DNA of 64,000 bases from Chthoniobacteraceae bacterium (GTDB lineage Bacteria > Verrucomicrobiota > Verrucomicrobiia > Chthoniobacterales > Chthoniobacteraceae): contig JANNWY010000214.1 of the NCBI GenBank assembly GCA_031409335.1, forward strand, positions 32,001 to 96,000, read 5' to 3'. The translations under genes and the position numbers were made by a program. The notes below the pieces were generated by a model, which was given only the letters and a program-made list of their open reading frames with translations, ran no database searches and had not been told where the DNA came from. Positions 18,836 through 28,311 of the stretch are shown here, piece by piece. How positions within the stretch are numbered: the first letter of the stretch is position 1; every line of letters starts with the position of its first letter.

Positions 18836-19399
18836 ATGTCCACTAAAGGCGCGATTAAATGGCTTGCTCGACTTCGCGAGCCGCGAACCATTGAATCCCT
18901 TATCTCGGAAATTTACGGCGAGGCGGCGTGGTATGGCTGTCTCTTCGAGGGAGAGGTAGCCGACCTCCTCAACTTCGCCGACCTCTCACACAAGCCGCTC
19001 GAAGCGATGATGAGGGAGCCATTCAACACTGAAGACTGGTCACTCAGCCAACTACTCAAAGAGTTGGCGAAGCGTGACCTTCCCGAAGATCACTTAACGA
19101 TGCTTCGGGACGGCAAAGACGCCCGAAACGAACTCGTGCATCGTCTCATTGCTACACGCTGCGTGGCTTCGAGAGCTGACAAGGAGCTTTTTCTTGCACA
19201 AATTGACGCACTCTACTTCCGCGTTTGGCGTGCTTACCAATTCGTTCGCGATCTCAAACAGCAATATGCAGCCAAGATTGGTGTGACTGATGAACGCATC
19301 AATGAAATCCTCCGTCAGAAGCGTGAAGAGGCCGAAATGGAGGACCACAACCTCAAACATTTGCTCGGAGAAGACCCCGATGACCGAAGCGCCTCCTGA
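18836..19399 (+). CDS. Hypothetical protein, possibly HEPN-like
   Basis: Clean 187-aa ORF with visibly lower GC; helical, with SLSQLLKEL...ARNELVH (Rx4H). Confidence 0.65.
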   Translation: MSTKGAIKWLARLREPRTIESLISEIYGEAAWYGCLFEGEVADLLNFADLSHKPLEAMMREPFNTEDWSLSQLLKELAKRDLPEDHLTMLRDGKDARNELVHRLIATRCVASRADKELFLAQIDALYFRVWRAYQFVRDLKQQYAAKIGVTDERINEILRQKREEAEMEDHNLKHLLGEDPDDRSAS

Positions 19400-19480
19400 A
19401 TTACTGGGAGAGCCGGAAACCGTGTGGTTCAATAACATGTTAGGCACCGCAAGCCGTTTTCTGTAACTAAAAGACACCGT

Positions 19481-19768
19481 ATGGAGAAAAGGACCAAAAT
19501 TCAGAATCACTTCGACAATCCCAATCCCAATCTTCACCCCCAAAAAGATCTGCCGGGCGAAATCGAAATGATAGCGGCCAGAGACCAACGCGAAGCAGGG
19601 GCTCGGCAACAGGCAGAGGAGCGTAAGCACGTCTTCAATTACATTCGGGAGCATCCAGGCTGCACAATTACCGCGATTGCACAAAACGTCGGACGGGCCG
19701 GCCTGAAGGAATGGCTTCGCGATGGCTTCGTCATCAAGCGCGGCAGCGGCCACTACGTTGCCAAATAA
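19481..19768 (+). CDS. Small hypothetical protein with a winged-HTH-like C-terminus
   Basis: 95-aa ORF; VFNYIREHPGCTITAIAQNVG...WLRDGFVIKRG pattern. Confidence 0.45.
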   Translation: MEKRTKIQNHFDNPNPNLHPQKDLPGEIEMIAARDQREAGARQQAEERKHVFNYIREHPGCTITAIAQNVGRAGLKEWLRDGFVIKRGSGHYVAK

Positions 19769-19848
19769 GAATAGGAAAGAACTGCAAAGAACTGGGTCAG
19801 TTCTAGAATCTCGCTCATTTCCTGCCGCGGAGCGGATGCGGCCCGGAT

Positions 19849-20961
19849 TTAGATGAAAGCTTCCCCGACTTTCCACGGCTCGGGGAGCGCGAAGGATTTG
19901 GCGAGGGTGGCGGCGATGTCGGCGAAGGTTTCGCGCGTGCCGAGGGGGGTGGCGTTTGGGCCGTGGAGGACGAGGAGGGGGACTTCTTCGCGGGTGTGGT
20001 CGGTGCCGGTCCAGGTGGGGTCGTTGCCGTGGTCGGCGGTGATGATGATGAGGTCGTCGGGCGTGGTCTTTTTTAGAAAGGAGGGGAGCCAGGCGTCGAA
20101 TTCGGCGAGGGCGGTGGCGTAGCCGGCGGGGTCGCGGCGGTGGCCGAAGAGCATGTCGAAATCGACGAGGTTGGCGAAGAGGAGGCCGCGTTCGGTTTCG
20201 CTCCAGAGGCGCGCGATGGTGGCCATGCCTTCGGCGTTCGTCTTCGTGGGCGTGGAATCGGTGATGCCGCTGGCGGCGAAGATGTCGCTGATTTTTCCGA
20301 TGCCGCGGACGGGAATGCCGGCGGTGGTGAGCGCGTTCAGCACGGTGGGCGGCGGGACGAGGGAGTAGTCGTGGCGTCCGCTGGTGCGTTTCCATGCGCC
20401 GGGTTTGCCGGTGAAGGGGCGCGCGATGACGCGGCCCACGCGGTAGGCGTCCACGTAGCGGCGGGCGATTTTGCAGATTTGGTAGAGGCGTTTGAGCGGG
20501 ATGACGGACTCGTGCGCGGCGATTTGCAGGACGGAATCGGCGGAGGTGTAGAGGATCGGGTGGCCGGTGCGGACGTGTTCCTCGCCGAGTTCGTCGAGGA
20601 TCGCGGTGCCGCTTTGCGCGTAGTTGCCGATGAATTTTACCGCGGCTTCCGCCTCGATCGCGCGGATGAGTTCATCGGGAAAACGGGCGAAGGTTCCGAG
20701 CGGTTTTTCGGTGATGACGCCCGCGATTTCCAAGTGCCCGGTCGTCGTGTCCTTGCCCGCGGATTTTTCAGTCATGCGACCCCAGCTCGCGCGCGGCGGC
20801 GGGCCATCACGGCCCGTGATCGCGGCGAGGCCGAGGGCGTCGAGATTTGGCGTGTGCGCGGCGATGTGGCCGAGCGTGTTCGCGCCTTCGTCGCCGTAGG
20901 CCGCGGCGTCCGGCGCATTGCCGCAGCCGACGCTGTCGAGCACGAGCAACAGCGCGCGCAT
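19849..20961 (-). CDS. deoB: Phosphopentomutase
   Basis: VLDSVG, GKDTTTGH, YTSADSV, RVIARPF, NLVDFDMLFGHRRD, ADHGNDP and HTRE motifs. Confidence 0.96.
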   Translation of the reverse strand: MRALLLVLDSVGCGNAPDAAAYGDEGANTLGHIAAHTPNLDALGLAAITGRDGPPPRASWGRMTEKSAGKDTTTGHLEIAGVITEKPLGTFARFPDELIRAIEAEAAVKFIGNYAQSGTAILDELGEEHVRTGHPILYTSADSVLQIAAHESVIPLKRLYQICKIARRYVDAYRVGRVIARPFTGKPGAWKRTSGRHDYSLVPPPTVLNALTTAGIPVRGIGKISDIFAASGITDSTPTKTNAEGMATIARLWSETERGLLFANLVDFDMLFGHRRDPAGYATALAEFDAWLPSFLKKTTPDDLIIITADHGNDPTWTGTDHTREEVPLLVLHGPNATPLGTRETFADIAATLAKSFALPEPWKVGEAFI

Positions 20962-20963
20962 CG

Positions 20964-21182
20964 TCAGTCGTCCCCTCCATCATCGCCGCCACCGGAGTAA
21001 CCCGAATCCGAAGTGTCCGCCGCCGAATTCCAAAAGCCCCCGCGTGTATCGTTGGAAATCACGTTCAACTTTTCCGCCTCGCGTGCAGCGGCACGTGTTT
21101 GCTCACGATGCCGGATCACCATCAATGTGGCGAAAATCACCACGGAAACGATCGCGATCGCTATGGTAGATTCGACGACCAT
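20964..21182 (-). CDS. Small single-TM membrane protein
   Basis: N-terminal hydrophobic helix and Gly/Asp-rich tail; ends 2 bp before the deoB start. Confidence 0.45.
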   Translation of the reverse strand: MVVESTIAIAIVSVVIFATLMVIRHREQTRAAAREAEKLNVISNDTRGGFWNSAADTSDSGYSGGGDDGGDD

Positions 21183-21411
21183 TGAATTACAGGCCGATCG
21201 GATGCCAGGCGGTCTTCATCTCGATGGTGTCGAGAATCCAGTATGGGTCTTCCGCTTTGGCGCTGGACCAATCCTTTGCCGCTAGCGAGCGGACCGCGAT
21301 TCGCTTGAGATTCAGCGCGGCACCGGCTCGGAGGGTTTCGGCGACTGCGGGGTCGCCCGAGCCATCGACGATCGCGTTGACGGGAGGAGAACGGCGTTCT
21401 AGCGCGCTTTT

Positions 21412-21561
21412 ATGGCCCTGAGAGATCCCCCAGACTTTTCCACCCGATGCAGCGTCGGCGGTAAACGGAAACCGCCACCTCCTCCTGCCAAGAAAGCCGC
21501 GGCGAAACCCCGGGCAGTCAAAGCGGCGCGGACGAGGAAGGCCCCGGCGCGAAGGAAATAA
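21412..21561 (+). CDS. 49-aa Lys/Ala/Pro/Arg-rich peptide (or gene remnant)
   Basis: Hand translation MALRDPPDFSTRCSVGGKRKPPPPPAKKAAAKPRAVKAARTRKAPARRK*; below the track length cutoff. Confidence 0.4.
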   Translation: MALRDPPDFSTRCSVGGKRKPPPPPAKKAAAKPRAVKAARTRKAPARRK

Positions 21562-21615
21562 CCCCTTTTCACTCTTTTCACCCGCGCGGAAAACAGCACC
21601 CCACTATCACCAACC

Positions 21616-24456
21616 ATGCCGATCATTACCTGCACCCCGAGGATCATGACGCCGGAACGGGAAGCACTGGCCCGGCGGCGCAGTATCGAAATCAACCCTG
21701 CCAATGCCGATCTCGTGCGGGAAGTGGAACGCGATGCGGGCGGACGCCGCGGCGGGCGGCGGCTGGCGCTGCTCGTTGGGAATCGCTGGCCGGAGGCGGG
21801 CGTGCGGCTCTCCGTGCAGTTTCTCGACAAGCCCTCCAAGGAACTCCGCCAGCGTCTCCTGCTGCACATGAATGCGTGGGACAAGACGGCGAACATCCGC
21901 TTCGTCGAGACGAAAGGCACGGGGCATGTCCGCCTCGCGCGTTCGGACGATCCCGATTTGGGAGGCTATTGGTCGTGGGTCGGCACCGAGATCCTCGCGG
22001 TCGAGCACGAAGACGAGCCCACGATGAATCTGGAAGGCTTCACCATGAAAACGCCGGATGAGGAATTTCACCGCGTGGTGCGCCACGAGGCCGGGCACAC
22101 GCTGGGTTTTGACCACGAGCACATGCGCGCGGAGCTGGTGAAAAAGATCGACGTGAAAAAAGCGATCGTTCACTTCCGCCACACCGACGGCTGGAGCGCG
22201 GAGGAGACGCGCGCGCAAGTGCTCACGCCGCTGAGGGCCAAGTCCATCATGGGCACGACTGAGGCCGATCCGACCTCGATCATGTGTTATCAAATCCCCG
22301 GCGAGATCACGAAGGATGGCCGGCCGATCCCCGGCGGGCTCGACATCAATGAAAAGGATTTCGCCTTTGCCGCGAAAGTCTATCCCAAGACGGGAAAAGA
22401 GCCGCCGCCTCCGCCCAAAGCGAAAGCCGCAGCCGGCGAGACTGCCACGCAGAGCACGGCGAACAAGGAGTACAAGAATGAGGCCAGCGAAAGCGTCGAG
22501 CCGCCCGTCGCCCCGCGCAGCCAGTCGCTGGGTCTGGAGGAAGCGGACACCTTTCAAATCCTCGTCATGGATGACTTCGATCCCGAGGACATCCGATCGA
22601 GTCTCGCCGATTGCCAGGAAAAGGTTGCGCTCGCTTCCGTCGGCGGCACGGCAAAGCCCGAGCCCGGCCAGCTTCCGCCGAAAAAGCCGAAGCCGAAGTA
22701 TGCGCGCGTTTTTGCCAGCTACGGCGGAGCGCGTGTCTCGTGCGCCATGCGTCTGCGCGCGGACAAGGGCGAGGAGCCCACGCCTTTCGGCAAAATCATC
22801 CGCGTCCACGAGCAGATCAAAAACTACACCGACCGCGAAAAGGGCAGCCTGCCGGATGATGATGAGATGATGAAATTTGGGACGAACCTTTTCGACGCGC
22901 TCTTCCCCGGCGTCGTCGGACGGCTCTACGACGAAGCGCGCTCGCGCCAGCGCCACCGCAAGCTCGATCTCGTCTTCACCTCCATGATCCCGTGGATCGC
23001 CGAAAAGCCTTGGGAATTTGCCTACGACAAAGTGCGCAACAGCTTCCTCGCCACCGAGGAAATCCACCTGATCCGCAATGTGCTGACGGCCGTGCCCGCC
23101 AATGTCATCCCACCGCTCAGCGGCCCTCTGCGCATCCTCGTGGCGTCGGCGCAGCCGGTGGGCTTTGGCCGACTCTCCATCACGCAGGAGGAAACGGTCA
23201 TCCGTCGCGGATTCCAGCCGCTCATCGACGCGGGCTCCGTCGTCGTCAAAGTCCTGCCGCACGCCACGCCCGGCCTCATCCACGGCGAACTGGCGACGGG
23301 GAATTACAACATCATCCACTTCATCGGACACGGCGTGTACGACGAGGGGAAAAAGGAGGGAATGCTCATCTTTGAAAATGAGCGCGGCGATGAATACCCG
23401 CTCGGCGAACGCTCCGTGCGCGAGATCTTCTGCCAGCGCGGCGTGAGCCTCGTCTTCCTGAATGCCTGCCAGACGGGCGCGGGCGGACGGGCGGATTTTA
23501 ACAAAGGCGTCGCGCAATCCCTCGTCGCGCACGGTCTGCCCGCGCTCGTGGCGAATCAATACAGCGTGCTGGATTCCTCGGCCACGTCGTTCGCCCAATT
23601 CTTCTACTGGGCGCTCGCGCAAGGCATGAGCCTCGGCCAGGCCGCGCGCGAGGCCCGCATCGCCGTGAACTATTCCCTGACCGGCGATCCCATCGACTGG
23701 GCCGTCCCCGTCGTTTATGCCCGCGAACCGAATAAATCCCTCTGCGCCAAACCGGAAACCGTCGATCCCATTCCCGCCACCGCCGTGCGCCAAACTCTCC
23801 GCCACGCGCTGCGCGACCGGCGGACGCGCGTCGCCTTTTGGGATATTGATAACGTCTTCCCGGCGCTCGAAGGCACGCTCGCCACGATGAATGAAGCGCA
23901 GTCCGAATTCGGCTTCGAGCTGGCCGCCCTCTCCGCGCCCGTGGACGCGTGGGACTTGGAAAACAAATCGCCCGACGGCTCACCGTACCTCTGGGCCAAC
24001 AAAGTCGCCGAACGCCTGAAGCGGACCACAATCGATCTCCGCGTGGACATCCTAGCCTGCATCACCCGGCACTGGATGTGCAACGATGACTCCATAAATA
24101 TTTACGGCTGGTGGGCCGATCATCAGGAAACGCCCGTCGTCATGTTTTCCGCCGCCGGGCTCGATGACCTGGAGCCGGAGGGAAGCCAGACCGACCGGCT
24201 GCTGGCCAATGTGCTCGTGTTGCTGCTCGCTGGATATTTCAGCGAGATGGATTGCCACGATAAAAAGCGGGAAACGGAGTGCCCGCTCTTCCGAAATGCC
24301 GACCGCGACTTCGGGCACATGACGGGGCCGCAGCAGTTCGACAAAATCTGCCGCGCGAAATTGCGGACGAAAATTCCCAAACTACTCCCCGCCCTCGAAA
24401 CCCTCCTGCAAACTTTTCAACCACCGCAACTCGCAAACCGGAAAACCAAGCCATGA
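21616..24456 (+). CDS. M12-type zinc metalloprotease + CHAT (caspase-like) protease + degenerate zincin-like C-terminal domain
   Basis: HEAGHTLGFDHEH and Met-turn SIMCY; CHAT dyad HFIGHG and FLNACQT; no signal peptide. Confidence 0.9.
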   Translation: MPIITCTPRIMTPEREALARRRSIEINPANADLVREVERDAGGRRGGRRLALLVGNRWPEAGVRLSVQFLDKPSKELRQRLLLHMNAWDKTANIRFVETKGTGHVRLARSDDPDLGGYWSWVGTEILAVEHEDEPTMNLEGFTMKTPDEEFHRVVRHEAGHTLGFDHEHMRAELVKKIDVKKAIVHFRHTDGWSAEETRAQVLTPLRAKSIMGTTEADPTSIMCYQIPGEITKDGRPIPGGLDINEKDFAFAAKVYPKTGKEPPPPPKAKAAAGETATQSTANKEYKNEASESVEPPVAPRSQSLGLEEADTFQILVMDDFDPEDIRSSLADCQEKVALASVGGTAKPEPGQLPPKKPKPKYARVFASYGGARVSCAMRLRADKGEEPTPFGKIIRVHEQIKNYTDREKGSLPDDDEMMKFGTNLFDALFPGVVGRLYDEARSRQRHRKLDLVFTSMIPWIAEKPWEFAYDKVRNSFLATEEIHLIRNVLTAVPANVIPPLSGPLRILVASAQPVGFGRLSITQEETVIRRGFQPLIDAGSVVVKVLPHATPGLIHGELATGNYNIIHFIGHGVYDEGKKEGMLIFENERGDEYPLGERSVREIFCQRGVSLVFLNACQTGAGGRADFNKGVAQSLVAHGLPALVANQYSVLDSSATSFAQFFYWALAQGMSLGQAAREARIAVNYSLTGDPIDWAVPVVYAREPNKSLCAKPETVDPIPATAVRQTLRHALRDRRTRVAFWDIDNVFPALEGTLATMNEAQSEFGFELAALSAPVDAWDLENKSPDGSPYLWANKVAERLKRTTIDLRVDILACITRHWMCNDDSINIYGWWADHQETPVVMFSAAGLDDLEPEGSQTDRLLANVLVLLLAGYFSEMDCHDKKRETECPLFRNADRDFGHMTGPQQFDKICRAKLRTKIPKLLPALETLLQTFQPPQLANRKTKP

Positions 24457-25616
24457 CTCAGCCCAAAAAAATAAAATCCGCTCGCAAAAATTCCCCGAAA
24501 CCCGCTGCCAAAGCCGCGCCCCGAAAAAAATCCCCCACGCGCGCTGCCCGTGCCACCGCTCCCGCTGGCGAAAGCCCCGTCACCCTCGAGCAAGCCCGCG
24601 CCCTCGTCCGCGCCCGCGCCCCGAAGCGCGCCTTGCGCGGGCCCGCCGCTACCGCTCCGGCGGCTTCGCCCGAGAGCATTGGGCTCGCCCGCGAACGACT
24701 CGCCGCAGAGCGACGCCGGGAAGATGAGCGGCGCATCCGCGAGTATCAGGCGACGATGGAAATCATGAAACGGCGCGGCGTGAAAGGTCTGGATGCCAAG
24801 GCGGTGAAAGCCGGCAAACGCCGCGCTCCCGGAGCAGGCCGGCCCGCCGCCGCCCCGAAAGCACCCGCCGCACAGCCTCTGCAAATTTTTGCCGAAGGCG
24901 ATTCCTGGTTCGACTACCCTCCCTTCCTCTTCAGCGGCGGCCTCATCCCGCGCCTCGAAAAAAGGCTCGGCGTCCCCATTCTGAATCTCGCCAAGGCCGG
25001 CGATGAAGTCCGCTACATGCTTGGCGTCGAGCAGCGAAGAATCCTCACGCAAAAACTCAGCGATGGTAGTCCCGCCGGCGGCCCGTGGGATGCGCTGCTT
25101 TTCTCCGGCGGAGGAAACGACATCGTCGATAACCCGATGGCGCTTTGGGTCCGGGACTTTGTGCCCGCGAAGCCGGCCAAGGCCCTTATCCATCAAGCGC
25201 GCTACGATTCCGCCCTTGCGCTAGTCCGCGCCGGCTACGAAGACCTCATCACCCTGCGCGACAGCTACAGCCCCGGCACGCGCCTCATCTTCCACGCCTA
25301 CGATTTCGCCATCCCGGATGGACGCGGCGTATGCCACCTCGGCCCGTGGATGAAGCCGACCTTCGACCTGCGCAAATTTCCCGCTGCCTCGTCCCTCCGG
25401 TTTGAAGTCGTAAAGGAAATGCTGAAACAATTCGCTGCCCTCATGCTGTCGCTGGAAAGCCATTCGCGCGTGACCTTCATCAACGGCCAGGGAACCCTCA
25501 CGCCGGGTCCCGGCTCGTGGCACAACGAATTGCACCCCACGAAAGATGGCTTCGACCTGTTCGCCGACCTCTTTCACAAAAAATTGCAGGCGCTCTTTCC
25601 AACCCGCGTGCTTTGA
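24453..25616 (+). CDS. SGNH/GDSL hydrolase with a basic low-complexity N-terminal extension
   Basis: AEGDSWF, SGGGND and NELHP blocks; ATG 24453 overlaps the upstream TGA (ATGA). Confidence 0.88.
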   Translation: MTQPKKIKSARKNSPKPAAKAAPRKKSPTRAARATAPAGESPVTLEQARALVRARAPKRALRGPAATAPAASPESIGLARERLAAERRREDERRIREYQATMEIMKRRGVKGLDAKAVKAGKRRAPGAGRPAAAPKAPAAQPLQIFAEGDSWFDYPPFLFSGGLIPRLEKRLGVPILNLAKAGDEVRYMLGVEQRRILTQKLSDGSPAGGPWDALLFSGGGNDIVDNPMALWVRDFVPAKPAKALIHQARYDSALALVRAGYEDLITLRDSYSPGTRLIFHAYDFAIPDGRGVCHLGPWMKPTFDLRKFPAASSLRFEVVKEMLKQFAALMLSLESHSRVTFINGQGTLTPGPGSWHNELHPTKDGFDLFADLFHKKLQALFPTRVL

Positions 25617-25735
25617 CCGGCGGGAGCGATGATCGGAAGGCCGCGGTTCCGCGCGCCGCGCGCCCGCATTTTTCCCCGGAGGAAAATGCGAGCCGGATTC
25701 GCTCGCCTCGAATTGCTGACCGCCGCACGACGATC

Positions 25736-25835
25736 GGAAATTCCGAATTCCAAGCGTAAAATTCCGGCCTTACGCCGGGAACGATCTTCCGGCTGAAATT
25801 TGTTTGTAATTCGGTGCTTGGGATTTGGAATTTCC
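25736..25835. repeat. Imperfect inverted repeat built from heptamer-like units
   Basis: ggaaattccgaattccaagc (25736-25755) vs gcttgggatttggaatttcc (25816-25835), 18/20 complementary. Confidence 0.55.
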
Positions 25836-25875
25836 CGCAAACGGTGTTTCATCTCCGGTCCTCAAAAAAACACCT

Positions 25876-26859
25876 ATGAAAACTCCCATCCGTGTCGCCG
25901 TCACTGGCGCAGCCGGTCAGATCGGCTACTCACTCCTTTTTCGCATCGCCTCCGGCGCCATGTTCGGCCCGGATCAGCCGGTCGAACTCAACCTCATCGA
26001 AATCGCCCCCGCGCTCCCGACCCTCGGCGGCGTGGTAATGGAACTCGATGACTGCGCATTTCCCCTCCTGAAAAAAATCGTGGCCACCGCCGATCTCGAC
26101 GAGGGATTCAAAGGTGTGAACTGGGCGCTGCTCGTCGGCAGCGTCCCGCGCAAGGCTGGGATGGAGCGCAAGGATTTGCTCGGGATCAACGGGAAGATTT
26201 TCATCGGCCAGGGCCAGGCGATCGCGCGCAATGCCGCCTCGGACGCGCGCATTCTCGTCGTCGGAAATCCGTGCAACACGAATAGCCTCATCGCGATGAA
26301 CAACGCGAAGAGCATCCCTGCGGATCGCTGGTTTGCGATGACGCGGCTCGATGAAAATCGCGCGAAAGCCCAGCTCGCCGCGAAGGCGGGCGTGGACATC
26401 ACGCGCGTGTCGAATGTGGCGATTTGGGGAAATCATTCCGCCACGCAATATCCCGATTTTCACAATGCGCGGATCGACGGACGCGCCGTCACCGATGTCA
26501 TCGCGGATCACGGATGGCTCGAAGGCGACTTCATTGCCACGGTGCAGCAGCGCGGCGCGGCGATCATCAAGGCGCGCGGCTCTTCCAGCGCCGCATCCGC
26601 CGCGAATGCCGTGGTGGACACCGTGCGTTCGCTGACGACGCTGACGCCGGATGGCGACTGGTACAGCGTCGCCGTGTGCGCCAACGGTGAATACGGCACC
26701 GACGCCGGCCTCATTTCGTCGTTCCCCATCCGCACGACTTCCGGCAGCTACGAGATCGTGAATGGCGTGCCGGTAAATGCATTCAGCCGCACAAGAATCG
26801 ACGCTACGCTCAACGAACTGCGCGAAGAGAAATCGCTCGTGGCGGAACTGCTGGGCTAA
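25876..26859 (+). CDS. mdh: Malate dehydrogenase
   Basis: [36 protein letters not shown] and WGNHS motifs. Confidence 0.97.
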   Translation: MKTPIRVAVTGAAGQIGYSLLFRIASGAMFGPDQPVELNLIEIAPALPTLGGVVMELDDCAFPLLKKIVATADLDEGFKGVNWALLVGSVPRKAGMERKDLLGINGKIFIGQGQAIARNAASDARILVVGNPCNTNSLIAMNNAKSIPADRWFAMTRLDENRAKAQLAAKAGVDITRVSNVAIWGNHSATQYPDFHNARIDGRAVTDVIADHGWLEGDFIATVQQRGAAIIKARGSSSAASAANAVVDTVRSLTTLTPDGDWYSVAVCANGEYGTDAGLISSFPIRTTSGSYEIVNGVPVNAFSRTRIDATLNELREEKSLVAELLG

Positions 26860-26904
26860 ACGGGGCGCGTCGGTGGAGGCCGTCGCTCCGCCGCGCCATG
26901 ACTC

Positions 26905-28302
26905 TCACACGCCGAAAGCGGCGGGAGGCAGCGCGCGGTCGATTTCTCCCAGCCGGTAGCCGAAGCCCGGCCCGCGGATGCTGCCTAAATCCACACAACC
27001 ATCCCTTCGCCTGTAAAGTCCCGGATGAACTGCGGCCTCCGGCGCGGATGCCTCGGGATAGAACTGCATGGCATTCGTTTCCACACCCATGATCGTCCCA
27101 ACATGGGAGGCGAGCGCGACGTGCGGGATCTGCGCGAGCATTGGGTTGGTGAGGTCTTGCACCATGAGTTGCATCCCGCGCGCCTTTGCCCAGCAGGCGG
27201 TCAGTAGCGCGCCGGTCTGCGTCTTGCAGGTTTTTAGCGCGACGCCGTTCCAACCCAGACGCCAACCCAGCCGGACCATCCGCCAATCATGCGCGCTTTC
27301 ATCGAGGAACAGCGGCCTGCGAGCTGACACGCTGCGGACATCGATCCGATGTTTTTCCAAGTCATACGGGAATGGCTGCTCGACATAGAGTAACATGTCG
27401 AAAATCCGGGGATGCTGGTCGCGCAGACGATCCAGGATGACGGAGACATAGTCGGGGTCGGTGACTGTGCAGTTAAAGTCGGCAGACAGATGTGCCACTG
27501 CGAGCGCCCCTGCGACCTCACCGACCCGCACCATGCGTTCGTAGTCCCATTCCGCGTCGGTGCCCCGCAGTTTTACTTTCAGGCATTTCAGGCCATCGAC
27601 ACGAATCCAGTCGGGCAATAGCACGGGATACCCATCGTTTGGCTCGTCGCCCTTTAACTCCGTCTGATCGAGCAAGTCCAATCCCCCGACCAGATGCCAT
27701 GCAGGCAATTGAGCGGATGGCTGGCTTTCAAGAAAATCCTGCGGGAACTTGCCCTCGAAACTCAAGCCGTCCGAAGCCTCCAGAAACGCCCCCAAATCAC
27801 GGTTCATGAAATCCGCGTTGTAGGTTTCGTAGATGGGTCGTTGCACGAGTTGCCCGAAGGCATCGTGCAGCGCGATGTCGAAGGGCGAACAGCAGACCAG
27901 CGCGGCGAGCCAGGGCATGGCTTCGGATTCCGCTTTGCGCGCCGCATTTGCCCGTGCCAGCAGCGAGGGGAGGATGTGCTCCTGGAAGTCATGGCCGATT
28001 TCCATGGCATGGCCTCGTGGCTCGAATGACGACCATGCACGGGCGAGTGCCACGCAGAAATCCTGCAATGCCTGGGCCCGTACACCGACAGGCAATGAAC
28101 TCGGCCAAACCCATGTCGAGCTGAGGGGTGTTTCGCCCCAACCCACCGCGGTTTCCCCGCGTTCATTTGCCACTCGCAACATCACCCGCGCGCACACGAC
28201 TTCTGTTACGGTCTCGGCTCCGAACTTCAACGGCACGCGAGTATGCACGGGCAGAAAGTAAAGCGAGGTGCCCACCACCCGGATGTCTGTGGCCTTGCTC
28301 AT
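26905..28302 (-). CDS. Enolase superfamily (mandelate racemase/MLE-like) enzyme
   Basis: KxK motif (LKVKL) and metal ligands ADFN, EQP and LDES. Confidence 0.85.
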   Translation of the reverse strand: MSKATDIRVVGTSLYFLPVHTRVPLKFGAETVTEVVCARVMLRVANERGETAVGWGETPLSSTWVWPSSLPVGVRAQALQDFCVALARAWSSFEPRGHAMEIGHDFQEHILPSLLARANAARKAESEAMPWLAALVCCSPFDIALHDAFGQLVQRPIYETYNADFMNRDLGAFLEASDGLSFEGKFPQDFLESQPSAQLPAWHLVGGLDLLDQTELKGDEPNDGYPVLLPDWIRVDGLKCLKVKLRGTDAEWDYERMVRVGEVAGALAVAHLSADFNCTVTDPDYVSVILDRLRDQHPRIFDMLLYVEQPFPYDLEKHRIDVRSVSARRPLFLDESAHDWRMVRLGWRLGWNGVALKTCKTQTGALLTACWAKARGMQLMVQDLTNPMLAQIPHVALASHVGTIMGVETNAMQFYPEASAPEAAVHPGLYRRRDGCVDLGSIRGPGFGYRLGEIDRALPPAAFGV

Positions 28303-28311
28303 CGTCGGCGA

